NCBI GenBank assembly: GCA_963665235.2
Contig: CAXXLX010000001.1
Location: 3,584,001 to 3,648,000, forward strand
Origin: Candidatus Poribacteria bacterium
Lineage (GTDB): Bacteria > Poribacteria > WGA-4E > WGA-3G
Direction: 5' to 3'
Length of the DNA: 64,000 bases
The position numbers and the translations under genes are program-made. Under the pieces are notes generated by a model. That model saw only the letters and a program-made list of their open reading frames with translations, made no database searches and was not told the DNA's origin. This document shows positions 18,563 to 28,617 of this stretch, piece by piece. Position 1 is the stretch's first letter; each line of letters starts with the position of its first letter.

Positions 18563-19130
18563 TGCCTTCGTTACGCGCGCTATTGCACTCGGTGCAAATA
18601 CTGGACGTTTTATAGATGTCGGCACCGGCCCTGCACAAATTCCCATCTTGCTGACGCAACGGTGCCCAAATATCCACATCACCGCAATTGATCTTTCCGA
18701 GGAGATGCTAAAAATAGCAAAGCAGCGCATTGCTGATGCTGACCTCACCGACTGTATCACCCTTGAACGGGTCGACGCAAAAGCCTTACCCTATCCCGAT
18801 AATACCTTTGATGGACTTATCTCTAACAGCATTGTACATCATATCCACGATGCAGTCCGTGTTCTCCATGAGATGGCGCGGGTCGTGAAACCGACCGGTG
18901 CAGTTTTAATCCGCGACCTTATCCGTCCTGAAACGCCAGCGGATGCACAAGCCTTTGTTGACCGTTATGCTGCTGGGGATACGCCTGAGCAACAGAAGCT
19001 GTATTACGATTCTTTCCTTGCCGCGTTCACACTTGCCGAAGTCGATGAGATGTTAGCACAGATAGACATGCCGGGGGCAGTCGTCGTGCAAAGCACCGAT
19101 CGGCATTGGTCCATTGAGCGTGGGGCTTAA
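18477..19130 (+). CDS. Class I SAM-dependent methyltransferase
   Basis: IDVGTGPA, IDLSEEML, LPYPDNTFD, SNSIVHHI. Confidence 0.9.
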   Translation: MNRIVEPEVMDTQEAAEAYDAIQHGEVDDAFVTRAIALGANTGRFIDVGTGPAQIPILLTQRCPNIHITAIDLSEEMLKIAKQRIADADLTDCITLERVDAKALPYPDNTFDGLISNSIVHHIHDAVRVLHEMARVVKPTGAVLIRDLIRPETPADAQAFVDRYAAGDTPEQQKLYYDSFLAAFTLAEVDEMLAQIDMPGAVVVQSTDRHWSIERGA

Positions 19131-19167
19131 GCACCTCGAGATATTTATAGAACTCTGCAAAAAAAGT

Positions 19168-19196
19168 TTGCCATGTTTTGCAAATTATGTTATACT
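19168..19196 (+). promoter_or_regulatory. Sigma70-type promoter
   Basis: TTGCCA-17-TATACT with TG extension. Confidence 0.55.
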
Positions 19197-19200
19197 AAAA

Positions 19201-19320
19201 TGGCTATTGGCTATTGGCTATTGGCTTATGGCAAGAGAAAGAGGACACTGACGCGCAACAGAAAATTGCTTAGAATCATAACCTCTTGCTAATTGCTAAT
19301 CGCTACTTGCCATTTGCTAA
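19201..19320. repeat. Heptamer-flanked dispersed repeat, copy 1
   Basis: (TGGCTAT)n...AAGAGG..TGACGCG...AACCTCTT(GCTAATT)n. Confidence 0.8.
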
Positions 19321-19352
19321 ATAGACGGACACCTACTTTGGAGGTAAATTCA

Positions 19353-19619
19353 ATGAAACGCACAATAGCACATGAGTTGATGGAACAAGGTATAGAAATC
19401 GGTGAACAGCGCGGTGAACAGCGCGGTATAGAAATCGGTGAACAGCGCGGGGTGGTTCGTGCGAAGCGGGAAGATATTCTAAAAGTGCTATATTCCCGTT
19501 TTGACTATGTTCCCGATACACTCACCCGTAAAATCGGCAGAATGCGCAGTCTCGAACGGCTAGATTCAATCCTCATGCAGGCGTTAGAGGTGCAATCCAT
19601 GGAGGATATAGAGTGGTAA
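19353..19619 (+). CDS. Small Rpn C-terminal-like (RpnS/DUF4351-like) protein
   Basis: GGAGG RBS; TIAHELMEQGIEIGEQRGEQRG repeats, ILKVLYSRF, LERLDSILMQAL; resembles C-terminus of 56574-57572. Confidence 0.75.
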   Translation: MKRTIAHELMEQGIEIGEQRGEQRGIEIGEQRGVVRAKREDILKVLYSRFDYVPDTLTRKIGRMRSLERLDSILMQALEVQSMEDIEW

Positions 19620-19628
19620 TGCGGCAGA

Positions 19629-19747
19629 TTGGCTATTGACTTATGGAAACCGTTGATAAGAGAAGAGCCCTCTGACGCGCTTCAGATATGTGCTTAGAGG
19701 CACAAACCTCTTGCTAATTGCTAATCGCTAATTGCCATTTGCTAATT
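19629..19747. repeat. Heptamer-flanked dispersed repeat, copy 2
   Basis: TTGGCTATTGACTTATGGAAACC...TGACGCG...AACCTCTTGCTAATTGCTAATCGCTAATTGCC. Confidence 0.8.
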
Positions 19748-19794
19748 CAATATCAACCCTAATTCCTATACCGTTGTCCTGAGGCACACACGCA

Positions 19795-20046
19795 ATGCTG
19801 TTTATTATTTTTGTCCTTCTACTTCCGCTTGCCTTTTGGGTGATTTTACATTTTGCATCTAAACGGGACGCTGACGAAGAAGCAGAACCGAAAGCACTGA
19901 TGGAAGAATGCGCGCTCTGCCGAAACGAATTTTTGATGAGCGAGCTCCTTGAAAAAGAGGTTGGCAATTACGGCAGAATCTACTGCTTTTGTGGACAGTG
20001 TATTGAAAACCTCTATACTGAGTATCAAGAAAAAGACACACCTTAG
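19795..20046 (+). CDS. Small membrane protein with Cys4 zinc-ribbon
   Basis: N-terminal TM, CALC and CGQC motifs. Confidence 0.65.
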   Translation: MLFIIFVLLLPLAFWVILHFASKRDADEEAEPKALMEECALCRNEFLMSELLEKEVGNYGRIYCFCGQCIENLYTEYQEKDTP

Positions 20047-20062
20047 CACAGGAGAGTAAACT

Positions 20063-21106
20063 ATGTATGATTTGGTCACGTTTGGTGAGGCGATGATTCG
20101 GCTTACCGCCCCGGAGTTTATGCGGCTGGAGCAGGTCACATCGCTTGAAATCACAGCCGGGGGCGCGGAGATGAACGTCGCTGTCAACGCCGCACAACTC
20201 GGTTTACGCACAGCATGGGTCTCGCGACTCGTGGATAATTGGTCCGGCCGCTATATTCGTAACAAGGGACGCGAACTTGGCGTAGACATGTCTAACATCG
20301 TGTGGGTTGATTTCGACGGGGTCGGCTTCGAACGAAATGGGTTTTATCACCTTGAAATGGGAGCGGGCCCGCGAGCGAGTAGCGTGACCTATGACCGCGG
20401 ACATTCGGCAATCTCTAACGTTCAGCCGGGTGAAATTGATTGGGCATCTATATTCAGCAGTGCGCGGTGGTTTCATCTGAGTGGCATCACACCGGCGTTA
20501 TCGGAATCAGCGGCAGCAGTTTCTGCTGAAGCTCTTCAAGCCGCACAGGCAGCAGGTGTCAAAACAAGCTACGACCTTAACTTCCGTTCTAAACTGTGGA
20601 ATGCCGAACAGGCGCAAGCGGTGAACCGGCCGATGATGAAGCACGTCTCTGTGCTCATCGGCAACGAAGAGGATTTCGAAAAATCACTCGGCTTCGCTGC
20701 GGAAGGCGCAACCGAGTCTTACAGTAAACTTGAGCCTGAGAGCTATAAAGCGGTTGCACAGCGAGTCAAAGACGCTTTTCCGAACATCGAGATGATTGGG
20801 ACAACACTACGGGACGCTAAAACTGGATGGCTCAACGATTGGCGCACGCTCCTGTTTGATGGCGAAGAATTTTATCTCTCACGTATCTACGAAAATTTAG
20901 AATTAGTCGATCGAGTCGGCGGGGGGGATAGTTTTTCTTCCGGGTTAATCTACAGCCTATTGAGCGGCAAACCTCCACAGGAGGCGGTTGATTTTGCTGG
21001 CGGGTATTCTGCCCTGGCGCATACCTTCCCCGGTGATTTCAACTGGGCAACAGCAGCGGAAGCGGAAAAAGCGATGCAGGCGGGAGGTGTCCGAATCAGT
21101 CGTTAG
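20063..21106 (+). CDS. PfkB-family sugar kinase (2-keto-3-deoxygluconate kinase-like)
   Basis: FGEAMIRL, GGAEMNVA, HLSGITPALS, DLNFRSKLW, DRVGGGDSF. Confidence 0.9.
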   Translation: MYDLVTFGEAMIRLTAPEFMRLEQVTSLEITAGGAEMNVAVNAAQLGLRTAWVSRLVDNWSGRYIRNKGRELGVDMSNIVWVDFDGVGFERNGFYHLEMGAGPRASSVTYDRGHSAISNVQPGEIDWASIFSSARWFHLSGITPALSESAAAVSAEALQAAQAAGVKTSYDLNFRSKLWNAEQAQAVNRPMMKHVSVLIGNEEDFEKSLGFAAEGATESYSKLEPESYKAVAQRVKDAFPNIEMIGTTLRDAKTGWLNDWRTLLFDGEEFYLSRIYENLELVDRVGGGDSFSSGLIYSLLSGKPPQEAVDFAGGYSALAHTFPGDFNWATAAEAEKAMQAGGVRISR

Positions 21107-22206
21107 CTTTTCTCAAGCAGAAAAAGGAATTCGCGATTCGGTTTTTCGGCTGTGTTCACCCATTCGTCCGTCCATTTCATGCCAGCCATGACGTTCTTTT
21201 TATAGTTAACTTCAAGCACAGCGAGAAGTTTTCCGTTTTTTCGCATGACATCGTTCAATTCTTCGGCAGTGGCGCGCCCCCCGGAGCTGTATGATAGGAG
21301 AATCCAACGAGCCTGTGCTCTCTGTATCAATTGTGCTATTGCCTCAACAGCGATGAAGTGGCCGTCCGCGTTACGGCGGAATTCCTCAAAGATGGAGGCT
21401 GCGAGAACGTCTGATGTATCTTTGCGCCGCTTTGCCTTGCCGAAAAGGGGTGGCGTGTCAAAAAGAATGATGCTCTGCCAGAGATGATAGTAGGCGGCAT
21501 ATCTGACGCGAGAGGCAGGCATCTTTTCGTTGTTGGAACCGTACGGCGGATCGAAATAGGCAAGGTCAACGGAGACACGCGGGAGAAGCTCAAAGATGTC
21601 GCTTCGGAAAACCTGATGCGCTGCTACTGTGCTAACTATATTTGGCACCTTAAGCAGAAGCGATTTATAGGCGCGCGGTGCCCAGGTTTTGAGGTACGCG
21701 GAATGATGTCCGAGGCTGCTGTCAACTGCATCGAGGGCTAAAATGAGGCTTGTCAGTGCCACGGCTTTATCAATTGACGTAAGTTTGAGATTCTCAATTT
21801 CCTGCCGAATTGCATCCAGTTTACGGGTATTGTGTCGCTGCCACGGTTTCTTAAGACCGTCCGCTTGGATTGCACATCCGCTATTGACATCCCCCCCGTA
21901 ATGTTCTGTGAACCAACCATCAATAGGTGGAACACTGTTTAGATGGTCAATAAGGGATTGATAGGCGGAACTCGGTTTGTTGTTGAGCAGATAACACATT
22001 CCGAAAACTTCCGACCAAGGGGCGATGTCGTTGCAAACAACAGTGTAACCGCGTTGGGCGAACGCTTGCGAGACGCGTGTCGTGCCTGCAAAGCCATCTA
22101 GAATTGTCTTAGCGTCGACCCTGTTCGCAAGTTGGAGTATTTGCGGGATAAGCTTTAGCTTGGAACCGATGTACTTTATGCCTTGTGTAGAAGGCACATC
22201 AAGCAT
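21103..22206 (-). CDS. N6-adenine DNA methyltransferase (D12/FokI-like), orphan
   Basis: KYIGSKLKL, DGFAGT, YFDPPY motifs; start uncertain (ORF open to 22278). Confidence 0.88.
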   Translation of the reverse strand: MLDVPSTQGIKYIGSKLKLIPQILQLANRVDAKTILDGFAGTTRVSQAFAQRGYTVVCNDIAPWSEVFGMCYLLNNKPSSAYQSLIDHLNSVPPIDGWFTEHYGGDVNSGCAIQADGLKKPWQRHNTRKLDAIRQEIENLKLTSIDKAVALTSLILALDAVDSSLGHHSAYLKTWAPRAYKSLLLKVPNIVSTVAAHQVFRSDIFELLPRVSVDLAYFDPPYGSNNEKMPASRVRYAAYYHLWQSIILFDTPPLFGKAKRRKDTSDVLAASIFEEFRRNADGHFIAVEAIAQLIQRAQARWILLSYSSGGRATAEELNDVMRKNGKLLAVLEVNYKKNVMAGMKWTDEWVNTAEKPNREFLFLLEKS

Positions 22207-22350
22207 GAGGTTTTCAAAGAGTCGGCGAGTTTGCGTCACGGTTCTATTCCTGAAAAGAAATTTAACCCTTGTGGCCATTGCGTTTACCTAGAACAATCGC
22301 ATGCACCTTTAACATGAGCCGAGACTTGGCAGGCTAAATTTGCGTCTGTC

Positions 22351-23214
22351 CTATCGCACAAAACGGGCAAGAAATTCACGAGACCGTAAAAGACCTTCCG
22401 ACTCCGCTTCCCACGTTCGCCAATAACGGTAGTCTTCCAGCTCCACGCTGAAAATACCATCGAAGCCTTCATCTTCCAGACGTTGCACCACCTTCAGCCA
22501 ATCTACAACGCCATCCCCCGGAATTGTGTATCGCCACCAGTCTTCACCGAAGCCGCGTGCCCCGTGAAAACTTGGGCCCAAATTGCCGTGCAGGTAAAGA
22601 GCCTCCTCGTCAAAAGCGGTGTCTTTTCCGTGGACATGTTTGACATAAGGCGCAAATTCGTTTAGTGCACGAATGTGGTCAATCCCTATTCTGACGAGAT
22701 GTGACGGGTCATAGTTGAGGCCTAAGCCTGGGGATGGACACTCGGTGAACATGGCGCGCCACATTTCTGGCGTACATCCGAGGGCAGGATACGCAGGCGC
22801 GGGGCCGGGCCACCCCTCAACAGCGATAGTTACGCCCTTAGATTCAGCAAATTCAGCAATAGGTGGCACTGTGTCTTTCCAAATATCGAAGTTTTTGGCG
22901 CGGCCGAGGCTTGCATCTTCAGGTACAAAGACACAAAACATGATGTGCACGTCGTTTTCAGCGGCGGCTTGTATAGCAGATTTTGCCTTTTCTGCCCCCG
23001 ATTTTTGTGTAGACCGCTTTGCGCTGAGCAGTTCGCGAACACCGGGCAGGTCTGATGTGCCAATTTCCAAACCAGCATCCCGTGCAGTTTTGACAACTTC
23101 CGGGGTTGCCTCGCCTATGTCAACGGCTTCAAAACCGTTGTCGGCACACCAGCGACAGAACTCCGCGAAAGACAACTGACGGGCTGTGCCGGGAATACGT
23201 AAACCAATTTTCAT
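22351..23214 (-). CDS. Sugar phosphate isomerase/epimerase (xylose isomerase-like TIM barrel)
   Basis: IAVEGWP, GLNYDPSH, HVHGKD, PGDGVVDW, SVELED. Confidence 0.9.
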   Translation of the reverse strand: MKIGLRIPGTARQLSFAEFCRWCADNGFEAVDIGEATPEVVKTARDAGLEIGTSDLPGVRELLSAKRSTQKSGAEKAKSAIQAAAENDVHIMFCVFVPEDASLGRAKNFDIWKDTVPPIAEFAESKGVTIAVEGWPGPAPAYPALGCTPEMWRAMFTECPSPGLGLNYDPSHLVRIGIDHIRALNEFAPYVKHVHGKDTAFDEEALYLHGNLGPSFHGARGFGEDWWRYTIPGDGVVDWLKVVQRLEDEGFDGIFSVELEDYRYWRTWEAESEGLLRSREFLARFVR

Positions 23215-23229
23215 CTAATTCTCCTCTAA

Positions 23230-24453
23230 CTAAAATCCCATCAATCCACAACAACGGCGGCATACCGGCATAGGGCCATCTGTGCTAACGGACTGTCGAA
23301 ATTTTAGTGCTTTTTGATTGTTCCACATATCAACAACCTTGTCCTCTTTGATATTGCCGATGATATAGTCGTGGTAGTCTCGGCAGAGGCTCACATCGCC
23401 GTTGCTATCGATTTCCATGGTCATGTAGATGCTGACACACTGATTGTACCCGAAGGTTTGCTGATGGTCGGTGTAATACCGTTGAATTTCGCCGCGGGTA
23501 TTCAATCTCGGCATCATAATGGGGGGGCAACGTTGCTGCTTGTTAGCAAGATTTTCCATCTCTTCGAACCGGTCGAGAATTACGCCGTGGTCGAAGTCTT
23601 TCCAGGTCCCTATCCATCCGTAGTGGGTTTGCGGCTTGAATCCGAACCGCTCCTCAAAGTCTTCCGTATGTTCCTGCGCGGATTCAGCATCAATCCACCA
23701 AGTCAGATAGAAGATTTGCGCGTCAGCGAATTGACTCGTAAACTTATAGAGGTCAACTACCACGTCGATGTTGTACATCGTGACACAGCTAAGCGGAATG
23801 ATATACGGGAATGCAAGATTTCTACGCTCTTTTTCCGCGCTAAGCGTTTCCAGTGCGGCTTTGACATCCTTGAAGTTGTCATAGTTCTTAGAGACACCGG
23901 GCCGCTGCGTGTTATGAATTTCCTCGTTCGGACCGTCCACGCTCAGATAGATAATTTTGCAGGTCTCCAGAATATCGTCCGCACGCCGTGCAATGTTAGT
24001 GGCGTTGCTGACAAGTGAGATGGGCATGCCGCGTTCTTTGATATAGTGCAACAGTTCGATGATGTCCGGGTAAAGCATCGGCTCGCCGCCCCAGATGTAC
24101 CACACAGGCGACCAGCCTTCATCGACGATTTGGTCGACCAGTTTTTTATAGTATTCTAGCGGCACTTCACGTTGCTTCAATTCCTTGAGCGATTTGCCGA
24201 GCAGATACCCGTTATCCCCCCACTGACCGCAGGAATGACAACGGAGATTACACATGTCGGTGATACGGAGGCTAACCAATTGGATAGCGTCTCCTTTTCC
24301 GTGCTTCGCGCCGAGCGGGTGACGTAAGTTGAAGCTTTCCTTCGCAAGTTGGTAACGCATGAACTTCTGTGAGGTCCGCCAATCCTCCGATATGGCGCTA
24401 GCAAGTTGATTGACAAGAAAGCGAGATGAGATTCGACTTCGTAGTGCCATCAC
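23230..24453 (-). CDS. Radical SAM protein with SPASM/twitch domain
   Basis: CNLRCHSC, GGEPML, C-terminal C...GDVSLC...IGNI...CRRC. Confidence 0.92.
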   Translation of the reverse strand: MMALRSRISSRFLVNQLASAISEDWRTSQKFMRYQLAKESFNLRHPLGAKHGKGDAIQLVSLRITDMCNLRCHSCGQWGDNGYLLGKSLKELKQREVPLEYYKKLVDQIVDEGWSPVWYIWGGEPMLYPDIIELLHYIKERGMPISLVSNATNIARRADDILETCKIIYLSVDGPNEEIHNTQRPGVSKNYDNFKDVKAALETLSAEKERRNLAFPYIIPLSCVTMYNIDVVVDLYKFTSQFADAQIFYLTWWIDAESAQEHTEDFEERFGFKPQTHYGWIGTWKDFDHGVILDRFEEMENLANKQQRCPPIMMPRLNTRGEIQRYYTDHQQTFGYNQCVSIYMTMEIDSNGDVSLCRDYHDYIIGNIKEDKVVDMWNNQKALKFRQSVSTDGPMPVCRRCCGLMGF

Positions 24454-24490
24454 TACTCCTTTTTTCTAATGTCGCCAAAAGTGGCGTGGG

Positions 24491-24904
24491 TTAAGAATTG
24501 TCCGCTGTCTCAACTAATGTAAGTGCTGCTGAATTGAGACAATAACGTTCGCCTGTTGGCTCCGGGCCGTCGCTAAAAACATGCCCGAGATGTGCATCAC
24601 AACGGCTACAGACGACTTCGATTCGCGGCATAAAGAAAAAGCTGCGATCTGGTTTCATTTCAATGCATTCAGGCGTGATAGGTTGCCAAAAACTGGGCCA
24701 CCCAGTACCGGAATCGTATTTGGTTTCCGAACTGAAAAGGGGGGTTCCACAACAGATACAGTGATAGGTCCCCTGCGTTTTGCAATCGTGGTATTTTCCC
24801 GTGAAGGCACGTTCGGTCCCTTTCTTTCGGGTCACCTTAAATTCTTCAGGGGTAAGTTGTTCTTTCCACTCTTTGTCCGATTTAATAACTTTTTCTGCTC
24901 CCAT
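24491..24904 (-). CDS. msrB: Peptide methionine sulfoxide reductase MsrB
   Basis: [32 protein letters not shown]. Confidence 0.95.
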   Translation of the reverse strand: MGAEKVIKSDKEWKEQLTPEEFKVTRKKGTERAFTGKYHDCKTQGTYHCICCGTPLFSSETKYDSGTGWPSFWQPITPECIEMKPDRSFFFMPRIEVVCSRCDAHLGHVFSDGPEPTGERYCLNSAALTLVETADNS

Positions 24905-25060
24905 TTTTCCCTCCGCTAACAAAAATTGGAGACGTAACCTGTTCCATGAATACTATATCATATTTTAAAAAGAAAAGCAAAACGTTTTTTTGAAGTGGGT
25001 GTGTAAAGTTTTTGTACAAGTTGTTCAGTATTAGTCCAGTATGGGCATTATGTTTATAGC

Positions 25061-25441
25061 ATGTTGGTTGTTGGAAACCTATGGAAACCTCGCTGGCTAT
25101 CGGAAAAAAAGACACCGGCGGATTGCGAAACGGCTATCCGAATGGCAATGCGGGCTGTTGAATCGGTTTGTGTGGAAATTGCAGATGCACCGCAGGCAAA
25201 ATTAGATGAAACATTCAAAAAACTTTCTGCCGAGAACGGACAACTTAAGATGCCGCGTCAGCTGAAAGCCGCATTTAAAAAGTTTTACGGATATACCTCT
25301 GACGATGGAGGCATCCACTCACCGCTCTTGGACGTTGCAGAGCTCGATGTTGAAGATGCGGTTTTTATGCTGGTGGCGTGTTCGGGATTCATCAGCTATC
25401 TGATCGCGAAAGCCTCTAAGGCTGGCATTGAGCTGACTTAG
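25061..25441 (+). pseudogene. Truncated HEPN-like C-terminal domain (AbiJ-associated type)
   Basis: AVESVC...FKKFYGYTSDDGGIHS...FMLVACSGFISYL; N-terminus apparently missing. Confidence 0.5.
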
Positions 25442-25451
25442 GGCCCCTTTG

Positions 25452-25492
25452 TAGGCGTGCTTTGATGAAGATTAGTTTTTAAATTCGGTAAT
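25452..25492 (+). mobile_element. Solo IS630 left end
   Basis: TAGGCGTGCTTTGATGAAGATTAGTTTTTAAATTCGGTAAT, near copy of 7508-7548. Confidence 0.75.
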
Positions 25493-25552
25493 TTTGGAAC
25501 GGGCGATAAATCCCCCTACTACGAGCCCTTATGTTGATAGTGGGGGAACCAT

Positions 25553-26776
25553 TCATTGCCCGTCGATTCCCGATTTATCTTTCTCTTTTACGGGTCCCAA
25601 AACTCTGCATGTTGTTGCTGAGAGGATTTCATATCGCACGCCGCCCCAAACGATTTTTCGCTGGAAAGTTGCGTATACAGCATTGAGTCCTGCAAGAAAC
25701 ATGGAAAAGGGTGTAGCGAAAGAGGTGATGCGAATCGTGTCACGCATTCTCGGCATCTCCCGTACCCACCGCGGCAGGTTCGAACAGAAAATCCGATAAC
25801 TCACTACTTCAAAGAAGGGGATAAGCACAACCGGTAACAGCCCCGGTCGGACCGCTAAGAAAGGAATTGTGCCGAACACTAGCACAGATTTCGGCAGGAA
25901 CAGAAGGAGACTCCCGAGCCACTGTACCCACAGGCCCATGTGACGTGTCATAATCATCTGCCGGTTCGTAAATTCCAATATTTGATGCCATGTCCGGTTA
26001 GCGGTGCGCGTAATCGCCACACAATCCGGCACAAAATGTACTTTACGCTTAACATCTCTGACAGCAAGGGTCGTATTGAGGTCCTCAATTGTTGCATGTT
26101 CCCACCGCTCCAGAATCTGTGCGGTCTCAAGGAGCTCACGTCGGAAAGCGTTAGACCCTCCCCAGACCATAGAAAATTTATGGTCGCCTTGTAATGCCAA
26201 CTGGAAATTGACCCAGATAGCTTCAACGAGTGAGGCAAAGTTCCACGTTTGCGGAAAATAGAATCTTCCGCCAACCGTTGCACCAATCTCTTCTTCTTGA
26301 AGTGGATTGACAAGAAGTGTCAACCAATCCGATTGAATAATCACATCCGCATCTACAAAAGCGATAACTTCAACATCCTCCGGGAGGATTTCTATCACTG
26401 TTATGAGATTCTGCACCTTTTGTGAACGCGGGAGATTGTTATCAACGATATTTGGAGCTAAGACGACATCCGCGTGTGGGACCTCTTTTGTCAGTTCTTG
26501 TAGGTGTGGATACGAGACATCGTACCCATTATCCGCTTTTTGGTGTGTTACAAAGTAGACGTGATACTCGCCGGCGTATTCCTGATGGAGAAGGCTTTTA
26601 GCATGCTCCGCTATTTCGGCATCCCACCCGTAGTGGGGGGCGATAATTGCTGCTTTAGGCGTATAGGCAGCCCGAGCCGCCTTCCGTTCGCGACGCGCAT
26701 ATAGAAAGGATTGGCTAATCATTAACAACTGTAAAATAAAGAAAAAATAGGCAGTTGCGATAATATATGTATCCAT
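25553..26776 (-). CDS. GT2 glycosyltransferase (ceramide glucosyltransferase/HpnI-like)
   Basis: QKVQNL, FVDADV, WGGSNAFRR, IEDL, WGGVRYEI, TM helices. Confidence 0.85.
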   Translation of the reverse strand: MDTYIIATAYFFFILQLLMISQSFLYARRERKAARAAYTPKAAIIAPHYGWDAEIAEHAKSLLHQEYAGEYHVYFVTHQKADNGYDVSYPHLQELTKEVPHADVVLAPNIVDNNLPRSQKVQNLITVIEILPEDVEVIAFVDADVIIQSDWLTLLVNPLQEEEIGATVGGRFYFPQTWNFASLVEAIWVNFQLALQGDHKFSMVWGGSNAFRRELLETAQILERWEHATIEDLNTTLAVRDVKRKVHFVPDCVAITRTANRTWHQILEFTNRQMIMTRHMGLWVQWLGSLLLFLPKSVLVFGTIPFLAVRPGLLPVVLIPFFEVVSYRIFCSNLPRWVREMPRMRDTIRITSFATPFSMFLAGLNAVYATFQRKIVWGGVRYEILSATTCRVLGPVKEKDKSGIDGQ

Positions 26777-26805
26777 AATACGTATTGCGACATACGGGTG
26801 TATGC

Positions 26806-28617
26806 CTATTCCCCTGCTGTCGTCCGAAGTCGTTCCCGGGTTGTTTTAAGTTTGGGAATCAGTTCTGCATCGAGTAGAAAAATTAGATTCGACGTGTGTC
26901 GGAGCCTCGAATAGAAACGGCCGGACGCATCTGTTTTGCCGATTTGCAAGGTATAAACCTTCTGATTTCGCAATTCAACAGTAATCTGTAGGATGGGGGC
27001 ATCCAAACCGGTTGTGGCAGCAGACACATCGTGGGTTTCTCCGCTTACATAAGCCTCAGCCTTCAGGTCGTTAAGTTCATAAATGATAGCATTCACTTCG
27101 GCATTGTTCGCGTCCTCTTTCACAGGAGCGGTTAAACGCCAGTTCGTACTGAGCCGTTTGCATGTGAGCGGCACATCATCCGGTGACGCTAAGGTGAGCC
27201 GGATTGCATCGTCAATGTTGAACTTCAGAATTTGTCTATCTCTTAGCCACGTGACCCCCATCGCAATTTTGTCAATGAGACCCCGTTTGACACGGACAAC
27301 CCGCTCCGAACCCTTCGCTTTGACATAGACGGTATCGTCTTGTCGGTAGTTGCCGATGTGCAGAACTGCGGGTGTTTTCTGACCGTGTAACGTGAACCTT
27401 ACCTGCATTGCTGGGGTTTTTAGTCCATATTGTGATAGGTTTTCAGTAGAATTGCTAACAAACGCAACGGCTTCAAGCGAATCAACCCCGTAAAGCAGGT
27501 CACTCACTGCTTGTGCGTCCGCTTTTATTTTAATCGGGGTTTGCAGCTCCCATATTTCATCGTTCCCTGCAATTGTCTCCGTTTTGATACCGACAATTTT
27601 TTCAGTCCCGCGTTGAATTTCAAAACGAATTGTGTCCCCGCGTTGAAAGTCGAGGACGCGTTTATCGCGCAGCTCAAAAACGGATTTATTAAGAAGTGTG
27701 TAGATGTCACTGCTAACCGTATAGATTCCACCTTGATGGATGGGCTTCACATAGACCTGCCGTGGACCCAAGTTTTCTTGACCCTGAGGCGGAGGAACAG
27801 CTGCCCCGATGTTGAGCTCCTGTGTACCTGTATTATCTATAAGTGCGAACCGGATGCGTGGCGTATCTAACCCGTATTTTTTCAGCTCTGTGCTATCCGC
27901 TTCAAAGGTTGACACCTGTAGCGAATGCAATTCCGCGAGGATGTTCTCAATTTCGGGTGAATCTGCTGCTACAGCGAGGGGGTATGTCATTTTCCAGATT
28001 CCCCTTTCCTTCTTACACACGATTTTCTCAGGGTGCTGAAACTGAATTTCAGAGACCGTGTCTAGGTTGAACTTAAGGACAGCGCGGTCGCGCAGATCCG
28101 TTGGCGACTTTGTTAAATCATCCAGCGCACTGGCTTCTATTAGGAAGATGTCCGCCTCCGATTTCTCTTTGATATAGACAGAAAAGTTGATTCCCTTTTT
28201 ACCGACAAAGAAGGTTTTAGATGAATTATTCATATCCGTATAGAGTTCAGCTGTTATGCTCGGTGTCTGTAGTCCGTACTGCTCTAATTCTGTCGCTTCA
28301 AAGGTTTGCCTGACGCGTTTGTTGACGAAATCCGCTAACATTTCGTTAACTTTTGTGGTGTCAGCGTGTGCTTGGAAGGGTGCTGTTATCTTCCAACTAC
28401 CATCCGCATCTTTCGCCAGTGTCAACGGTTGATAGGCTTTATCGGAAAATGTGAGGCGAACCTGTGTAATTTTTTGCAGCGGCAAATCGTATACCTCATG
28501 GATACGGGGTTTGTCCTGAGTGCCCGGCTTCTCTGTTGGGTTTTGAAAAAATAGCAGGTACGCGCCTGCAACGGCTATTAAGAGGAGGATAATGAAAAGG
28601 GTTGTTCGGAAATTCAC
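26806..28617 (-). CDS. DUF4340-like protein (three repeated domains)
   Basis: Repeated W...P...AD...V..LL, YGL..P and LRD.R motifs; GTG start at 28617 after GGAG. Confidence 0.8.
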   Translation of the reverse strand: MNFRTTLFIILLLIAVAGAYLLFFQNPTEKPGTQDKPRIHEVYDLPLQKITQVRLTFSDKAYQPLTLAKDADGSWKITAPFQAHADTTKVNEMLADFVNKRVRQTFEATELEQYGLQTPSITAELYTDMNNSSKTFFVGKKGINFSVYIKEKSEADIFLIEASALDDLTKSPTDLRDRAVLKFNLDTVSEIQFQHPEKIVCKKERGIWKMTYPLAVAADSPEIENILAELHSLQVSTFEADSTELKKYGLDTPRIRFALIDNTGTQELNIGAAVPPPQGQENLGPRQVYVKPIHQGGIYTVSSDIYTLLNKSVFELRDKRVLDFQRGDTIRFEIQRGTEKIVGIKTETIAGNDEIWELQTPIKIKADAQAVSDLLYGVDSLEAVAFVSNSTENLSQYGLKTPAMQVRFTLHGQKTPAVLHIGNYRQDDTVYVKAKGSERVVRVKRGLIDKIAMGVTWLRDRQILKFNIDDAIRLTLASPDDVPLTCKRLSTNWRLTAPVKEDANNAEVNAIIYELNDLKAEAYVSGETHDVSAATTGLDAPILQITVELRNQKVYTLQIGKTDASGRFYSRLRHTSNLIFLLDAELIPKLKTTRERLRTTAGE

